Shown here: positions 11,574 through 21,235 of the stretch, one piece after another
Position numbering within the stretch: the stretch's first letter is position 1
Layout of the letters: every line of letters begins with the position of its first letter
Source: an uncultured Verrucomicrobiae bacterium
GTDB lineage: Bacteria > Verrucomicrobiota > Verrucomicrobiia > Chthoniobacterales > UBA10450
Direction of reading: 5' to 3'
Length of the DNA: 64,000 nt
NCBI GenBank assembly: GCA_963801815.1
Contig: CAWDGJ010000006.1
Location: 1 to 64,000, forward strand
Translations under genes and position numbers: made by a program
The notes under the pieces: generated by a model
Told to the model about the DNA's origin: nothing
Seen by the model: only the letters and a program-made list of their open reading frames with translations
Database searches by the model: none

Positions 11574-11608
11574 TTGACAAATCAAATATCAAACATCATA
11601 CATCAAAC
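11574..11608 (+). promoter_or_regulatory. TTGACA -35 box followed by a heptamer array (ATCAWAY)x4 upstream of tRNA-Leu
   Basis: TTGACA 11574-11579; ATCAAAT ATCAAAC ATCATAC ATCAAAC 11581-11608. Confidence 0.7.
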
Positions 11609-11615
11609 CTCCATC

Positions 11616-11697
11616 GCTCACGTGGCGGAATTGGCAGACGCGTACGGCTCAGAACCGTATGGGGCAACCCGTGGAGGTTCGAGTCCTCTCGTGAGCA
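11616..11697 (+). tRNA. tRNA-Leu (anticodon CAG)
   Basis: GCTCACG/CGTGAGC acceptor stem, anticodon arm TACGG-CTCAGAA-CCGTA, long variable arm, GGTTCGAGTCC T-arm, A73. Confidence 0.97.
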
Positions 11698-12008
11698 ATT
11701 TGCTCGTGCTGCTCTCTATAGGCTCTGACGTAGTCCACCTTTTCGCCTTGTGGTTGCGAGATTACATCTTAGACATAAAAAGCTCGACAATTGTTAGGCA
11801 ATTGTTTAAAAGCGACGCTGATTACGTCAGCCGACGTTTCAACGAACCTTCGGCCGAACTAAGAAGTTCGTGGGGCTGAACCTACGCTGGTTCGCCGCTT
11901 AGCGCGATCGCGGAAGTTCTGTGAGACCTTCGCTTCGCAATTCTCGGAGAAGGACAGTGGAGCCGGCGGTTAATGCAGTGAAAACAATTCAGCCTCAAGA
12001 AGAGTAAC

Positions 12009-14741
12009 ATGAAATCAAACCTCCCATCCCATTTCAGATTCCCACTCATCGTTGTAGTGCTTGTTGTAGCCGTGTCAGCGGGCGGCTTGATTCCCCAGCG
12101 TGCTTACGCGGCCCCGGGCGATCTATTCGCTTCTGTTAATGGGACGACTCAGAATGGAGGCGGTTCAATCTTCCAATACACTCCGGCGGGAGCCCAAAGC
12201 GCTTTTGTTTCCAGTCTTGATCGGCCGCGCGGCGTGCTCTTTGACAACGCCGGCAATCTTTTCGTAGCAAGCACTACGCTCGACAACAACTCGGGTAATT
12301 ATCAGGGAACAATTTTCAAAGTCACTCCGGGCGGCGTTGTGAGCACTTTTGCCACTGGGTTCGGCACTAACTTTTTCCTCGAACAACTCGCGATGGACAG
12401 TGCTGGCAATGTCTTTGTCGTGGCTGACAATGAAAGTGATCCCAATCTTGCGGGCACCATCTACAAAGTCACGCCTGGGGGGACCGTAAGTCCATTCGGC
12501 CTACAAAGCGATTGTATACAAAACGACGGTAGTAATTGTTCCGTTCCGGGCAATAGTTTTGCTCTAGCCTTTGACAGTGCAGGCAATCTTTATGTCCCGG
12601 ATAGTCCCTTCCAGACTATCTACAAGTTTACTCCGGGAGGCGTGCGGAGCGTTTTTGCTGGGACTGTGGCGTTCAGTCCAACTCAGGGGCCGGTCGGCTT
12701 AGCATTCGACAGGTTCGGCAATCTTTTCGCGTCCACTGAGGACAATAGCGGCGACGGCAACGGCGAGATTCTCGAATTTGCCCCAGACGGGACGGAGAGC
12801 ACTTTCGCTACAGGCCTAACCAACAACCCTCGGGGATTAGCCTTTGACAGCGCAGGCAATCTCTTTGTCGCTGAGTTCTCTACCCCTATCACCGCTACCA
12901 CTGGCGATATTCTGGAATTTACGCCCGGAGGCACAGAGACTGTCTTCGCTTCAGGAATCGGTCGGCCGCAAGGGGGCGGTGGTCCGGCATTCCTCGCCTT
13001 CCAACCGCTGCATGCAATTCCCGGCGACCTAGTCGCTTCCGTTAATGGCACGTTCCCTTTAAACGGACACGGTTTAATCGCCCAATACGCTCCGGATGGA
13101 ACGCCCAGTACCTTCGCGTCCAGCCTTTCCCGACCTCGGGGTCTGGCCTTTGACAGCGCCGGCAATTTTTTCACGACGACTAATACTACTGATGACTCCG
13201 GAAATAATGTGGCAACAATTCTCAAATTTAGTCCAGGTGGGATGGTGAGTACTTTCGCTGCTGGGTTCCCGTCTAACTTTTTCCTCCAAGGACTGGTAAC
13301 GGACAGCGCTGGCAATGCCTTTGTTATGGCCCAGAACCTCAATGATCCCAATTGGGTGGGCACTATTTACAAAGTCGCGCCCGATGGAACTAGAAGCACA
13401 TTCGGATCAATCACTGGACAAGGCTGGGGATTAGCCTTTGACAGCTCTGGCAATCTCTTCGCCGCGGATGATGGGGATCAAACCGGTGCCAATGTAAACA
13501 TCTACAAGTTTACGCCGGCAGGTGTGCGAAGCATTTTCGCTGGGCCTGCAGCCTTTGTGTCTGGTCAATTCCCGGAGGGGCTAGCTGTTGACAGCTCTGG
13601 CAATCTCTTCGTGTCAGCTCCCGGCTCTTCATCGGCAACGACCGCAATTCTCAAATTTACGCCGGACGGCACCGAGAGCATTTTTGCCACCGGCCTAAAT
13701 TTCCCGCGAGGACTGGCTTTTGACGGCGCAGGCAATCTTTTCGTCGCTGATCTCGTTCAAAACGGGCCGGGCACTATCTTCGAATTCGCCCCTGACGGCA
13801 CACAGACGGTCTTTGCTTCAGGAATTGGTCGTGCGGCCGGAAATGGCGGTCCGGAATACCTCGCCTTCCCGCCGGGAGAGACGCCGGTAGGCTCGAACGA
13901 GACGGTTAACACGGGAACCACGGGGTCCGCGGTTGTAGCTCTTACATTCCCGCAGGTTACTGCCGGGGGAACAACAACGGTCACACCCATTGATCCGAGC
14001 TCCGCAGGCACTCTGCCATCCGGATACGCACTGACTGGAAGCAATCTCGCGTTTCAAATCACGACGACCGCAACTTACACACCGCCGATAATTATCGCGT
14101 TCCAAGTGCCGTCTGTGGATCCAACGACGTTTTCACAACTAAGGATTTTCCATAATAGTGGTGGCGGCTTGGTTGACGTGACAGCGAGCAATCCCGCTCC
14201 TGATCCGACGACCCAAACTATTTACGCCAGCGTGTCTTCCCTTAGTCCGTTTGTTATAGCCAAGCGGATTGTGCCGACAGTTCACGTAAGAGTGCAAGGG
14301 AATCAGTCTGGACCCACGTTCACGGTTGACGGGAACACGTATACTTCGGCGCAGACATTTTCCTGGGCATCTGGTTCAAGCCACACCATTGGGACAACCT
14401 CGCCAGAGAGCGGTGGCCCCGGCGTTCAGTACCTGTGGAAGGGTTGGAGCGATAGCGGGGCAATTTCACATACGGTCGCCCCGACTAGAAATACAACCTA
14501 CACTGCGAAGTTCGGGATCCAGTATTATCTGACGATGAACGCTGGAACGGGCGGCAAGGTAAGTCCCATCAGCGGATGGAAAAATAGCGGAGCGATTGGC
14601 CCGATCAAAGCAGCGCCAGCCAAGGGTTATAGCTTTAGCAATTGGACTGGTAGCGGCACGGGTTCCTACTCGGGGACGAGCAATCCAGCTTCAATCACAA
14701 TTAATGCGCCCCTTACCGAGACTGCTACTTTTACTCATTGA
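12009..14741 (+). CDS. Secreted NHL-repeat double beta-propeller protein with C-terminal InlB B-repeat-like domain
   Basis: Signal peptide (AYA-A), many P.GLAFDSAGNLFV repeats in two duplicated blocks, C-terminal GYSFSNWTG..TETATF. Confidence 0.85.
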   Translation: MKSNLPSHFRFPLIVVVLVVAVSAGGLIPQRAYAAPGDLFASVNGTTQNGGGSIFQYTPAGAQSAFVSSLDRPRGVLFDNAGNLFVASTTLDNNSGNYQGTIFKVTPGGVVSTFATGFGTNFFLEQLAMDSAGNVFVVADNESDPNLAGTIYKVTPGGTVSPFGLQSDCIQNDGSNCSVPGNSFALAFDSAGNLYVPDSPFQTIYKFTPGGVRSVFAGTVAFSPTQGPVGLAFDRFGNLFASTEDNSGDGNGEILEFAPDGTESTFATGLTNNPRGLAFDSAGNLFVAEFSTPITATTGDILEFTPGGTETVFASGIGRPQGGGGPAFLAFQPLHAIPGDLVASVNGTFPLNGHGLIAQYAPDGTPSTFASSLSRPRGLAFDSAGNFFTTTNTTDDSGNNVATILKFSPGGMVSTFAAGFPSNFFLQGLVTDSAGNAFVMAQNLNDPNWVGTIYKVAPDGTRSTFGSITGQGWGLAFDSSGNLFAADDGDQTGANVNIYKFTPAGVRSIFAGPAAFVSGQFPEGLAVDSSGNLFVSAPGSSSATTAILKFTPDGTESIFATGLNFPRGLAFDGAGNLFVADLVQNGPGTIFEFAPDGTQTVFASGIGRAAGNGGPEYLAFPPGETPVGSNETVNTGTTGSAVVALTFPQVTAGGTTTVTPIDPSSAGTLPSGYALTGSNLAFQITTTATYTPPIIIAFQVPSVDPTTFSQLRIFHNSGGGLVDVTASNPAPDPTTQTIYASVSSLSPFVIAKRIVPTVHVRVQGNQSGPTFTVDGNTYTSAQTFSWASGSSHTIGTTSPESGGPGVQYLWKGWSDSGAISHTVAPTRNTTYTAKFGIQYYLTMNAGTGGKVSPISGWKNSGAIGPIKAAPAKGYSFSNWTGSGTGSYSGTSNPASITINAPLTETATFTH

Positions 14742-14758
14742 ATCGCTTCCCATTCACC

Positions 14759-14919
14759 GCAGAGGATCCGCTCTCGGGTAAGCAATCGAAGAGCAGCTGG
14801 ATGTCGTAAACTTTGGGTCGCCCCGATTGACTGAGCTCGGTCGGATTAAACCCGAACCCCCTAATCCCCCACCGAAGAACTCGAAGGGTTTGACAGGCGG
14901 CCCCTCCCGAGGTGCCTGT
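14759..14919 (+). ncRNA. Probable 6S RNA-like long hairpin RNA
   Basis: Closing CTCGGG/CCCGAG, terminal hairpin CCGATTGA/TCGGTCGG with G-U pairs on +, TTGGGT/ACCCGA stem, central unpaired region, 3' GAACTC-GAA-GGGTTT...GCGGC; folded by eye only. Confidence 0.45.
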
Positions 14920-15118
14920 AATGCCTTCGCAACCCGCCTGCACCGCCGTTGCAGGTCGAACTTCTGGACACTGGACTTGCCGAAACGACTCAAATATTCA
15001 GCAAACTTACAGCGTAATCAGATCTCGATGCGTTACAGCGTTGATGCGATCACAAGGCGTAGCCGCTGTTCGATTGGCCTGGAATTTGCGTCGCAACTGT
15101 GCGCAGCCCATAAACCAA

Positions 15119-15595
15119 ATGCGCGCCTTCCGTTATTTGCATTTCATTCTCTGGTCGGCGCTCTTCGCCGTCTTTGTCTGGATCAGCGCGCCGATTGTCG
15201 GCCCGGCAATTCGCGAAAATCGAGTGGGCGCCCTTGAAACGAATCGCTCGATTGATGCCTATCTCGGCGCGCTGACCGGAGTCGAACACGGTTCGGAAAA
15301 ACTTCCCGATGTGTTCCGGCGTTTGGGCAAGGACGGATCGCTCATCATCTTTGTGCGCGATGAAAACGCCCAGAGCGAATTTTTGGGAATGATGATCGGT
15401 TACATTTCGTGGCCGCGTGAAGTTCAAATCATCAAAGTCGCGTCGCCATCTGTTGAGAAGGAGCTCGTCGGCATCAAACCGAGCTCCGTCGCGGGGGTGG
15501 TTTTCTGTTCGGTCGATCCTCCGGCATGGTTGCAACACCGCGTTCCTCTGGGCTCGGGTATTATTCTGGTTCCGGTCACCGAAGCCGCGCCATGA
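15119..15595 (+). CDS. Hypothetical membrane-anchored protein
   Basis: N-terminal hydrophobic helix; ATGA overlap with the next gene. Confidence 0.65.
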   Translation: MRAFRYLHFILWSALFAVFVWISAPIVGPAIRENRVGALETNRSIDAYLGALTGVEHGSEKLPDVFRRLGKDGSLIIFVRDENAQSEFLGMMIGYISWPREVQIIKVASPSVEKELVGIKPSSVAGVVFCSVDPPAWLQHRVPLGSGIILVPVTEAAP

Positions 15596-16953
15596 TCGTG
15601 CTCGGATTAGTTGCGGCTCTTTCCACGATTTTCATCGCCGGTTTCGGCGTGACGATGTCGATCTTCGCGCGCGGAAAGCGAATTAATCTCGTTGAGTGCG
15701 CTTGTCTGAGCTGGCTGCTCGGCTGCGGAATTGTTTCCTTGCTGTTGTGGGTGTGTGGGATGGTTTGCTCGGGATTGCTCTTGCAGTCGATCGTTGCCGT
15801 CGCGTGTCTATTGCTGGCGATCATCGGTTGGCGGGCGAAACGAAACGCGAACGCGAAGATTGATTTGCCGCGACCGGCCAACATTTCCGAGTGGATTCTT
15901 GGCAGCATGATCCTGGTCGAGATCGCAGTTTTGGTCTTCGTCTCGTTCAAACACACGCTCGGTTGGGATGGGCTCCTCAACTGGGAAATCAAGGCGCGTT
16001 ACGCGTTCCTGAACGGCGGCGTTATTCCGGCCTCGTATTATTCCAGCGCGGGCCGCGGGTTCAGCCATCCCGAATATCCGTTGGGAGTCCCGTTCACCGA
16101 GCTCTGGCTCTATCTGTGGATGGGCGAGCCAAACCAATCCTGGATGAAAATCATTTTCCCGCTGTTCTTTGCCGCGGGCGCGCCGCTTCTCGCGATGCTC
16201 GTCTCGCGTTTGTCCGGCAGACGCTGGTTTGGTTTATTGATCGCGGCCCTGTTGCCGTTCGTTCCCTCAGTCACCGCGAGTCCAGGCGGGATCGTGGTTG
16301 GATATGTCGATATCCCGCTGGGTGTCTTTTATTTGGCGGCGTTCGGATACTTAATCCTGTGGTCCAAGACGAACGATCACCGCTTCATCCTCGTGTTCGC
16401 CGCGTGCAATGCGCTGCTGCCATGGATCAAGTCCGAAGGAATTATCCTGTGGCTTGTTCTCGCATCGCTTGGATTCGTTTTGAGTTTGGTCCGGCGACGA
16501 GTCGCCCCGTTCCTGATCGCGATTGTTCCAGGGTGCGCGCTGATTCTTGCCTGGCGCGTTTATCTCAAGATGGTCCATCTCTGGCCGCATTCGGACTTTG
16601 CTCGCCCCAGTCTGAGCGTTTTACGCGCTAACGTCGGCAGACTTAGTGACATATTCGGCATTCTCTTTGCGGAATTAAGTGAGGCCGTCCACTGGAGCAT
16701 CTTTTGGCTGATTGCCGCGGTCGCTCTGATTTACTTGTTTGCCTCGCGCACACTTGAACGCATCGCCATCGCAAGCGCGGTCATTGTTCCAGTTTTGTTG
16801 TATTCCCTCACTTATGTTTTCAGCACCTGGCCAAGTTATAGCGCGCACATGACCTCTTCTGTTCCGCGCTTGCTGTTGCACGTGATGCCGGCTGGTTGGC
16901 TCGCGATTGGATTGGCTTTGAGTCAGACGAAGCGCGAAACTCAAGCGCTCTGA
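15592..16953 (+). CDS. Multi-TM membrane protein, GT-C (ArnT/PMT-like) glycosyltransferase candidate
   Basis: Many TM helices; GWDGLLNWEIKA, HPEYP, YVD, KSEG motifs. Confidence 0.65.
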   Translation: MIVLGLVAALSTIFIAGFGVTMSIFARGKRINLVECACLSWLLGCGIVSLLLWVCGMVCSGLLLQSIVAVACLLLAIIGWRAKRNANAKIDLPRPANISEWILGSMILVEIAVLVFVSFKHTLGWDGLLNWEIKARYAFLNGGVIPASYYSSAGRGFSHPEYPLGVPFTELWLYLWMGEPNQSWMKIIFPLFFAAGAPLLAMLVSRLSGRRWFGLLIAALLPFVPSVTASPGGIVVGYVDIPLGVFYLAAFGYLILWSKTNDHRFILVFAACNALLPWIKSEGIILWLVLASLGFVLSLVRRRVAPFLIAIVPGCALILAWRVYLKMVHLWPHSDFARPSLSVLRANVGRLSDIFGILFAELSEAVHWSIFWLIAAVALIYLFASRTLERIAIASAVIVPVLLYSLTYVFSTWPSYSAHMTSSVPRLLLHVMPAGWLAIGLALSQTKRETQAL

Positions 16954-17654
16954 ATCTTTTCGAAATCAGTCCCACGGATCGAGATCCGGAAACGGTACGT
17001 GCAATGTTCGGCAGCATTGCGCGTCGATACGACCTCGCGAACCATGTCTTGAGTTGCGGTTGCGATTTTCTGTGGCGTAAACGCGCAGCCGAGATCGTTG
17101 CCGGTTGGAATTCGAAAAACGTTGTCGATCTTGCCGCCGGAACCGGTGACCTGACGCTCGCGTTGGAAAAAGTTTTGCCGCAATCGGAAATTGTGGCCGC
17201 AGATTTTTCGGAGGAAATGCTCGCCGTAGCGAAAATGAAAGGAGTTCGGCGAGTCATGATTGCGGATGCGCTCGCCCTCCCTTTTTCCGATCATTCAGTC
17301 GATTGCATTACCATCGCATTCGGATTGCGGAACATTAAGGATTGGAGCGCAGCCCTTCATGAAATGTCGCGCGCGCTGAATGACAATGGCCATCTGCTAA
17401 TCATGGAATTTTCGTTGCCGCAGTGGTCGATCGTGCGCGCGGTTTATCGATTTTATCTGCATCGATTGCTGCCAATCTTCGGATCCTTGCTCACCGGCAA
17501 AAAATCCGCCTACGATTATTTGGGCGAGTCGATCGAACAATTTCCCGGTGGCGACAAGATGTTGGGCCTGATCGAAGCGAATGGATTTCGAAATGCGACT
17601 GCTGAACCGCTTTCCGGCGGTATCGTCACGATTTATACGGCGGCGAAAAGGTAG
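16896..17654 (+). CDS. ubiE: Ubiquinone/menaquinone biosynthesis methyltransferase (UbiE/MenG family); start uncertain
   Basis: MFGSIARRYDLANHVLS, DLAAGTGD, DALALPF, IAFGLRN, AYDYLGESI. Confidence 0.9.
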   Translation: MARDWIGFESDEARNSSALNLFEISPTDRDPETVRAMFGSIARRYDLANHVLSCGCDFLWRKRAAEIVAGWNSKNVVDLAAGTGDLTLALEKVLPQSEIVAADFSEEMLAVAKMKGVRRVMIADALALPFSDHSVDCITIAFGLRNIKDWSAALHEMSRALNDNGHLLIMEFSLPQWSIVRAVYRFYLHRLLPIFGSLLTGKKSAYDYLGESIEQFPGGDKMLGLIEANGFRNATAEPLSGGIVTIYTAAKR

Positions 17655-17793
17655 AGGCGATTGACCTCAATCGGTCCGAGCCGGACTGGCGCTTTAGCGG
17701 TTCGGTGAATGGAGTCGGGGGGAGCCGAACGACATGGACGGGGAAGCCCGAGAGGGTGAGCGAGCGGGGGCGAGCGAATCAACCGCTGCTACC
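17650..17793. repeat. GGTAG...CTACC REP doublet with a nested 18-bp element (17673-17690) and a 71-bp insert (17710-17780)
   Basis: Removing the inserts restores the perfect hairpins GCGATTG-ACCT-CAATCGC and AGCGGTTC-GGT-GAACCGCT. Confidence 0.85.
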
Positions 17794-19618
17794 TTGGCGT
17801 TGGCGTGACGGACGGCCCAGGCGTCGGTGATGCTTGGCCTGCGAGCGGCAGCTTGAGTGTATTCAAATCGGCGCCGCTGACTGTGAACGTGCCGTCGCGT
17901 TCGTCTGCTTTTGCAAACCAGTTTCCATTGGGCGCAGTGCCGCCAACGGTCAGTTTGTGGATCGCCTTGTCGTCGGGAGATGTTGTAAACGTTACGACAA
18001 GTTGTGGTTTGTCGAGGCCGTGACCCGGCAATGTCCCTCCAATCCAGCCAACCGCGTGTAAACCGGCGAGATCAGTCAGAAGAGACTGCAAGTTTACCTG
18101 ATTAATTGGGCCGCTACCTTTCGCCCAGGTCCATTGATTGTTCGCGCCACGGAGCAATTCAAATTCCTTGTCCGCCTTAACCGTGATGCGATGAATTTGG
18201 TCGGGCTTGAAATTGAAGATGGTCAAATCCTGCCATTTCAGCGGATCCGTGAGGATTTCATCGAGAAGCGTTCGGCGCACGGTGACGACAAACGGCTCGT
18301 CACCCACGCGCGCATAAACGTCGTTGCCTTCGATTCTTCCGAATGCGACCGACGCAAACGGTTGCTCACCGGCTTTCGTTTCGGCTGTATTCTCCGAAGC
18401 AAACGAGCTGAAGGTCACTGTCAGTTGCGGCTTGTCGAGTCCGTACTTCGGCAGATTGGACGCAACGTCTTCAACGAATTTTGTGACTTGTTCGTTTTGC
18501 ATCGTGTCGATCAAACGGCGCACTTCATTGGAATTTGCCGGCGCGTTGTTGCGGCTCGCGATCGTCCAGTCCTCATCTTTTCGCCCGAGAACGGTCTTGC
18601 CTTTGCCTGGAGCGTCAATCGTGATGCGATCGAGAATTTTGGTGTCGATGCGAACAAGATGATGATCACGCAGTTCGTCCGGCTTGGCATTGAGCAGCTC
18701 CTCAACTTTCTTTGGTAAGGTGTAAACGAATCCGCGCGACGGGAAACGCACATAAACCTCCTCCTTGTCGTTCTCTGGAACACCGCCGAGCTGAAGCGTC
18801 TGGCCCGGCGCGCCGGGTTTGTCATCCTGGGTGAAAAGCGTGATTGATCCGCGTGGCTCGGCCAATCCGTACGGATGCAGGTCGCCCTTATCGTCGGCGA
18901 CGAATTGTTGAATGCGCGCCGTTGTCACTTGTGCGATCAGGTCGCCGACCTTTTGATCGTTCGCGCGAGTGTGCAGCGGCTTCACGATGTCCCAATGGTC
19001 GCCCTTTTTCTGGAGTTCCATTTCACCGGCCGGCGTTTTCACAACGACCCGCACGACTTGGGCCATGATCAGGTCGGTCAATTTGCGATCGCGAAAATCT
19101 TCGGCCTTTTTCTCGATCGCTTTTTTGACGGACTCGTTAACGAGAAATGTCTCCTTTGAATTCGCGAACCGGACGTACATCTTGCCTTCGAGTGCGGCTT
19201 GCTTGCCGAACCAAATTTCCGGCGGCGCATTTTCACCTGATAACTTCAGGCGCAATTTTGGCTGGGCCAGTCCGTAATCGGAAAGTTTGCTCTTGTCTGT
19301 ATCCATCTCCTTTGCCGAGATGGTTGCGTCTTTCTGCCAGTTCTCGAGGTCGCTGAGCAAGCTAGACACCGCGGAAGTATCGGCCTGGTCTTTGATCGGC
19401 GTTTCCAACCGCCACTTATCTTCGTGACGGCGGATGTCGATCTTGTCGTCACCGTTTTGGATGACTATGCCGTCAATCTTTTCCCGACTGAAATTAACTA
19501 CGTTCTGTGCTTCGCGAGCCGCGTCTGCGGTATTCGAGGAATTGCGCTCAACTAAGAACAGATAAGCAAAAACGCCGGCGGTGACGATCAGTAAGACGAG
19601 AGTTGCTTTCCACTTCAT
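17789..19618 (-). CDS. DUF4340 domain-containing protein (three repeats)
   Basis: N-terminal TM; repeated YGL.(K/Q/E)P and RDR motifs; downstream of the GldG-like gene. Confidence 0.85.
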   Translation of the reverse strand: MKWKATLVLLIVTAGVFAYLFLVERNSSNTADAAREAQNVVNFSREKIDGIVIQNGDDKIDIRRHEDKWRLETPIKDQADTSAVSSLLSDLENWQKDATISAKEMDTDKSKLSDYGLAQPKLRLKLSGENAPPEIWFGKQAALEGKMYVRFANSKETFLVNESVKKAIEKKAEDFRDRKLTDLIMAQVVRVVVKTPAGEMELQKKGDHWDIVKPLHTRANDQKVGDLIAQVTTARIQQFVADDKGDLHPYGLAEPRGSITLFTQDDKPGAPGQTLQLGGVPENDKEEVYVRFPSRGFVYTLPKKVEELLNAKPDELRDHHLVRIDTKILDRITIDAPGKGKTVLGRKDEDWTIASRNNAPANSNEVRRLIDTMQNEQVTKFVEDVASNLPKYGLDKPQLTVTFSSFASENTAETKAGEQPFASVAFGRIEGNDVYARVGDEPFVVTVRRTLLDEILTDPLKWQDLTIFNFKPDQIHRITVKADKEFELLRGANNQWTWAKGSGPINQVNLQSLLTDLAGLHAVGWIGGTLPGHGLDKPQLVVTFTTSPDDKAIHKLTVGGTAPNGNWFAKADERDGTFTVSGADLNTLKLPLAGQASPTPGPSVTPTPR

Positions 19619-19623
19619 AAAAT

Positions 19624-19681
19624 TGTAGAACAGCCGCATCGGCTGCCGTTGCAGTGTGGCAAGCGGTGCGCTTGCCCTACA
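19624..19681. repeat. TGTAG...CTACA REP doublet
   Basis: Hairpins CAGCCG-CAT-CGGCTG and GGCAAGCG-GTG-CGCTTGCC; a related half copy lies at 5065-5088. Confidence 0.8.
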
Positions 19682-19702
19682 AAATAAGGACAGATCATAA
19701 CG

Positions 19703-21232
19703 TCAGGCGCGGCGTTGCCACCAAACGGCGGTTCCGAGCACAACAAAGATGAGCGGAATCAGCACGAGCACGAGCCAGCGCAAATTCCGCAACGAGTCCT
19801 CGGTCAGATTGAAAGTAAGGGTGTTTGGAACTTTGGGCGCGATACCGATAAGTTGTTCGCGGCTCAGCAGCCAGTTCGCGCAGCCGGAAATGAAATCGAG
19901 CGCCTGTTGGTCCTGGGTCAGCGCGTTGTCCTGCACAAACGTCGCGTTGCTCACGACTACCATACGCGACGAATTCATTTGGACGCGCTCATCCGCGCTG
20001 CCGCCTTTTTCAACCGAAGCGCCGATTGTGAATGTCGCATCGCCCGCTTTTTTGGCGTCGTTCTGCAGTTTGTTCTGGTCGTTCGTGTTGTAATCCGTTT
20101 CGGCGAAATAACCTTTTTCTGCCTGAACTAACGGTTGCACCTGAATGTTCGCGCCTCGCACGCGGTCGGGTTCGAGCGTCATGGAAGACGTCCCGCCAAA
20201 AAATACCGCACGAACATCCGCAAGTCGTTTTGTAATGGGGCTGTTGCCAAGAAAACGTGCATAGACGTCCCGAATCAGTGCGAGCTCCTCAATTCCGGTC
20301 CGCACGAACGCCATCAGGCGGTCGTCATTCACTTTGACGCCGAGCTCGTTGAGGAACGCGAATAACTTCGGCGTCTTCGCCGATGGATCGAGCAAGAGCA
20401 GTATCCGTCCCTGTTTGTTCCAGAAGTCGCGCAGCATTTTCATCTCGCGATCGGAAAAATCGTACTGCGGCCCCACAATCATCACTGTTTTGATATCGGC
20501 CGGAATTTGCGGCTCGTTGAACAAGTTCAATTCCTGGAACTTGATGTTTTCGTTCTCAATGAATGTTTTCAGGACTGAAATCGGACTGGCCGGCTCTTGC
20601 TGTTGAAGCATGGGCGAGGCCGGCGGCGTTTCGGCGATTGACGGTTCCTTGTGGCCGGTAATGTAACCAATCGTGTTTTTCTTTCCTTCCACGATGTCCA
20701 TCATCGCGCTCGTGATCGCTTGTTCGCCCTTGAACGCGGTCACACGCGGTCCTTCGCCAAGGGCCGCGCCGCTGGCGTCGATCTCCGCCATTTCCGATGC
20801 CTTCACCGTTTTGTTTCGGCCGTCGTAATCGATAACGAGCAGACTTTCATCGCTCACCACTTTGTATTTATCGAATATTTCCTTGGCTCGAGAGAGACTT
20901 CGCTGCGGATCGATGTTCTCGATGTCGATCTTACCGTTGGCTGCGTATTGATATTCGGTCAGCAAATTCGCCACATCACCGCTAATCGGCGTATTCGGCG
21001 AAAAGAAAACCGTAATTCGCATTTTGCCTTTGATGGTTTTGAGGAAGCGTTTCGTTTTGTCCGAGAGGGCGTATTTCTGGTCGCGCGAGACATCCCAGCG
21101 TTTGTAATGGCGGAAGCCGATCCAGTTCACCGCGCTGACCAAAAGGAAAATCAGGATCAGCTGAACGAAAAGGTTCAGTCCGATTTGGAGCCGCTGAATT
21201 TTCTTTGGCTTTGGTTTTGTCGTGTCAGCCAT
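19703..21232 (-). CDS. GldG-family ABC transporter auxiliary component
   Basis: RWDVSRDQKYALSDKTK, GEQAITSA, GHKE, C-terminal TM followed by WWQRR. Confidence 0.85.
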   Translation of the reverse strand: MADTTKPKPKKIQRLQIGLNLFVQLILIFLLVSAVNWIGFRHYKRWDVSRDQKYALSDKTKRFLKTIKGKMRITVFFSPNTPISGDVANLLTEYQYAANGKIDIENIDPQRSLSRAKEIFDKYKVVSDESLLVIDYDGRNKTVKASEMAEIDASGAALGEGPRVTAFKGEQAITSAMMDIVEGKKNTIGYITGHKEPSIAETPPASPMLQQQEPASPISVLKTFIENENIKFQELNLFNEPQIPADIKTVMIVGPQYDFSDREMKMLRDFWNKQGRILLLLDPSAKTPKLFAFLNELGVKVNDDRLMAFVRTGIEELALIRDVYARFLGNSPITKRLADVRAVFFGGTSSMTLEPDRVRGANIQVQPLVQAEKGYFAETDYNTNDQNKLQNDAKKAGDATFTIGASVEKGGSADERVQMNSSRMVVVSNATFVQDNALTQDQQALDFISGCANWLLSREQLIGIAPKVPNTLTFNLTEDSLRNLRWLVLVLIPLIFVVLGTAVWWQRRA

Positions 21233-21235
21233 TTG

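Noticed and set aside
11911..11975. c-di-GMP-II riboswitch resemblance (GGAAG...GGAGC)
   Set aside because: The pseudoknot-forming segments are not evident; kept only as an unassigned structured leader
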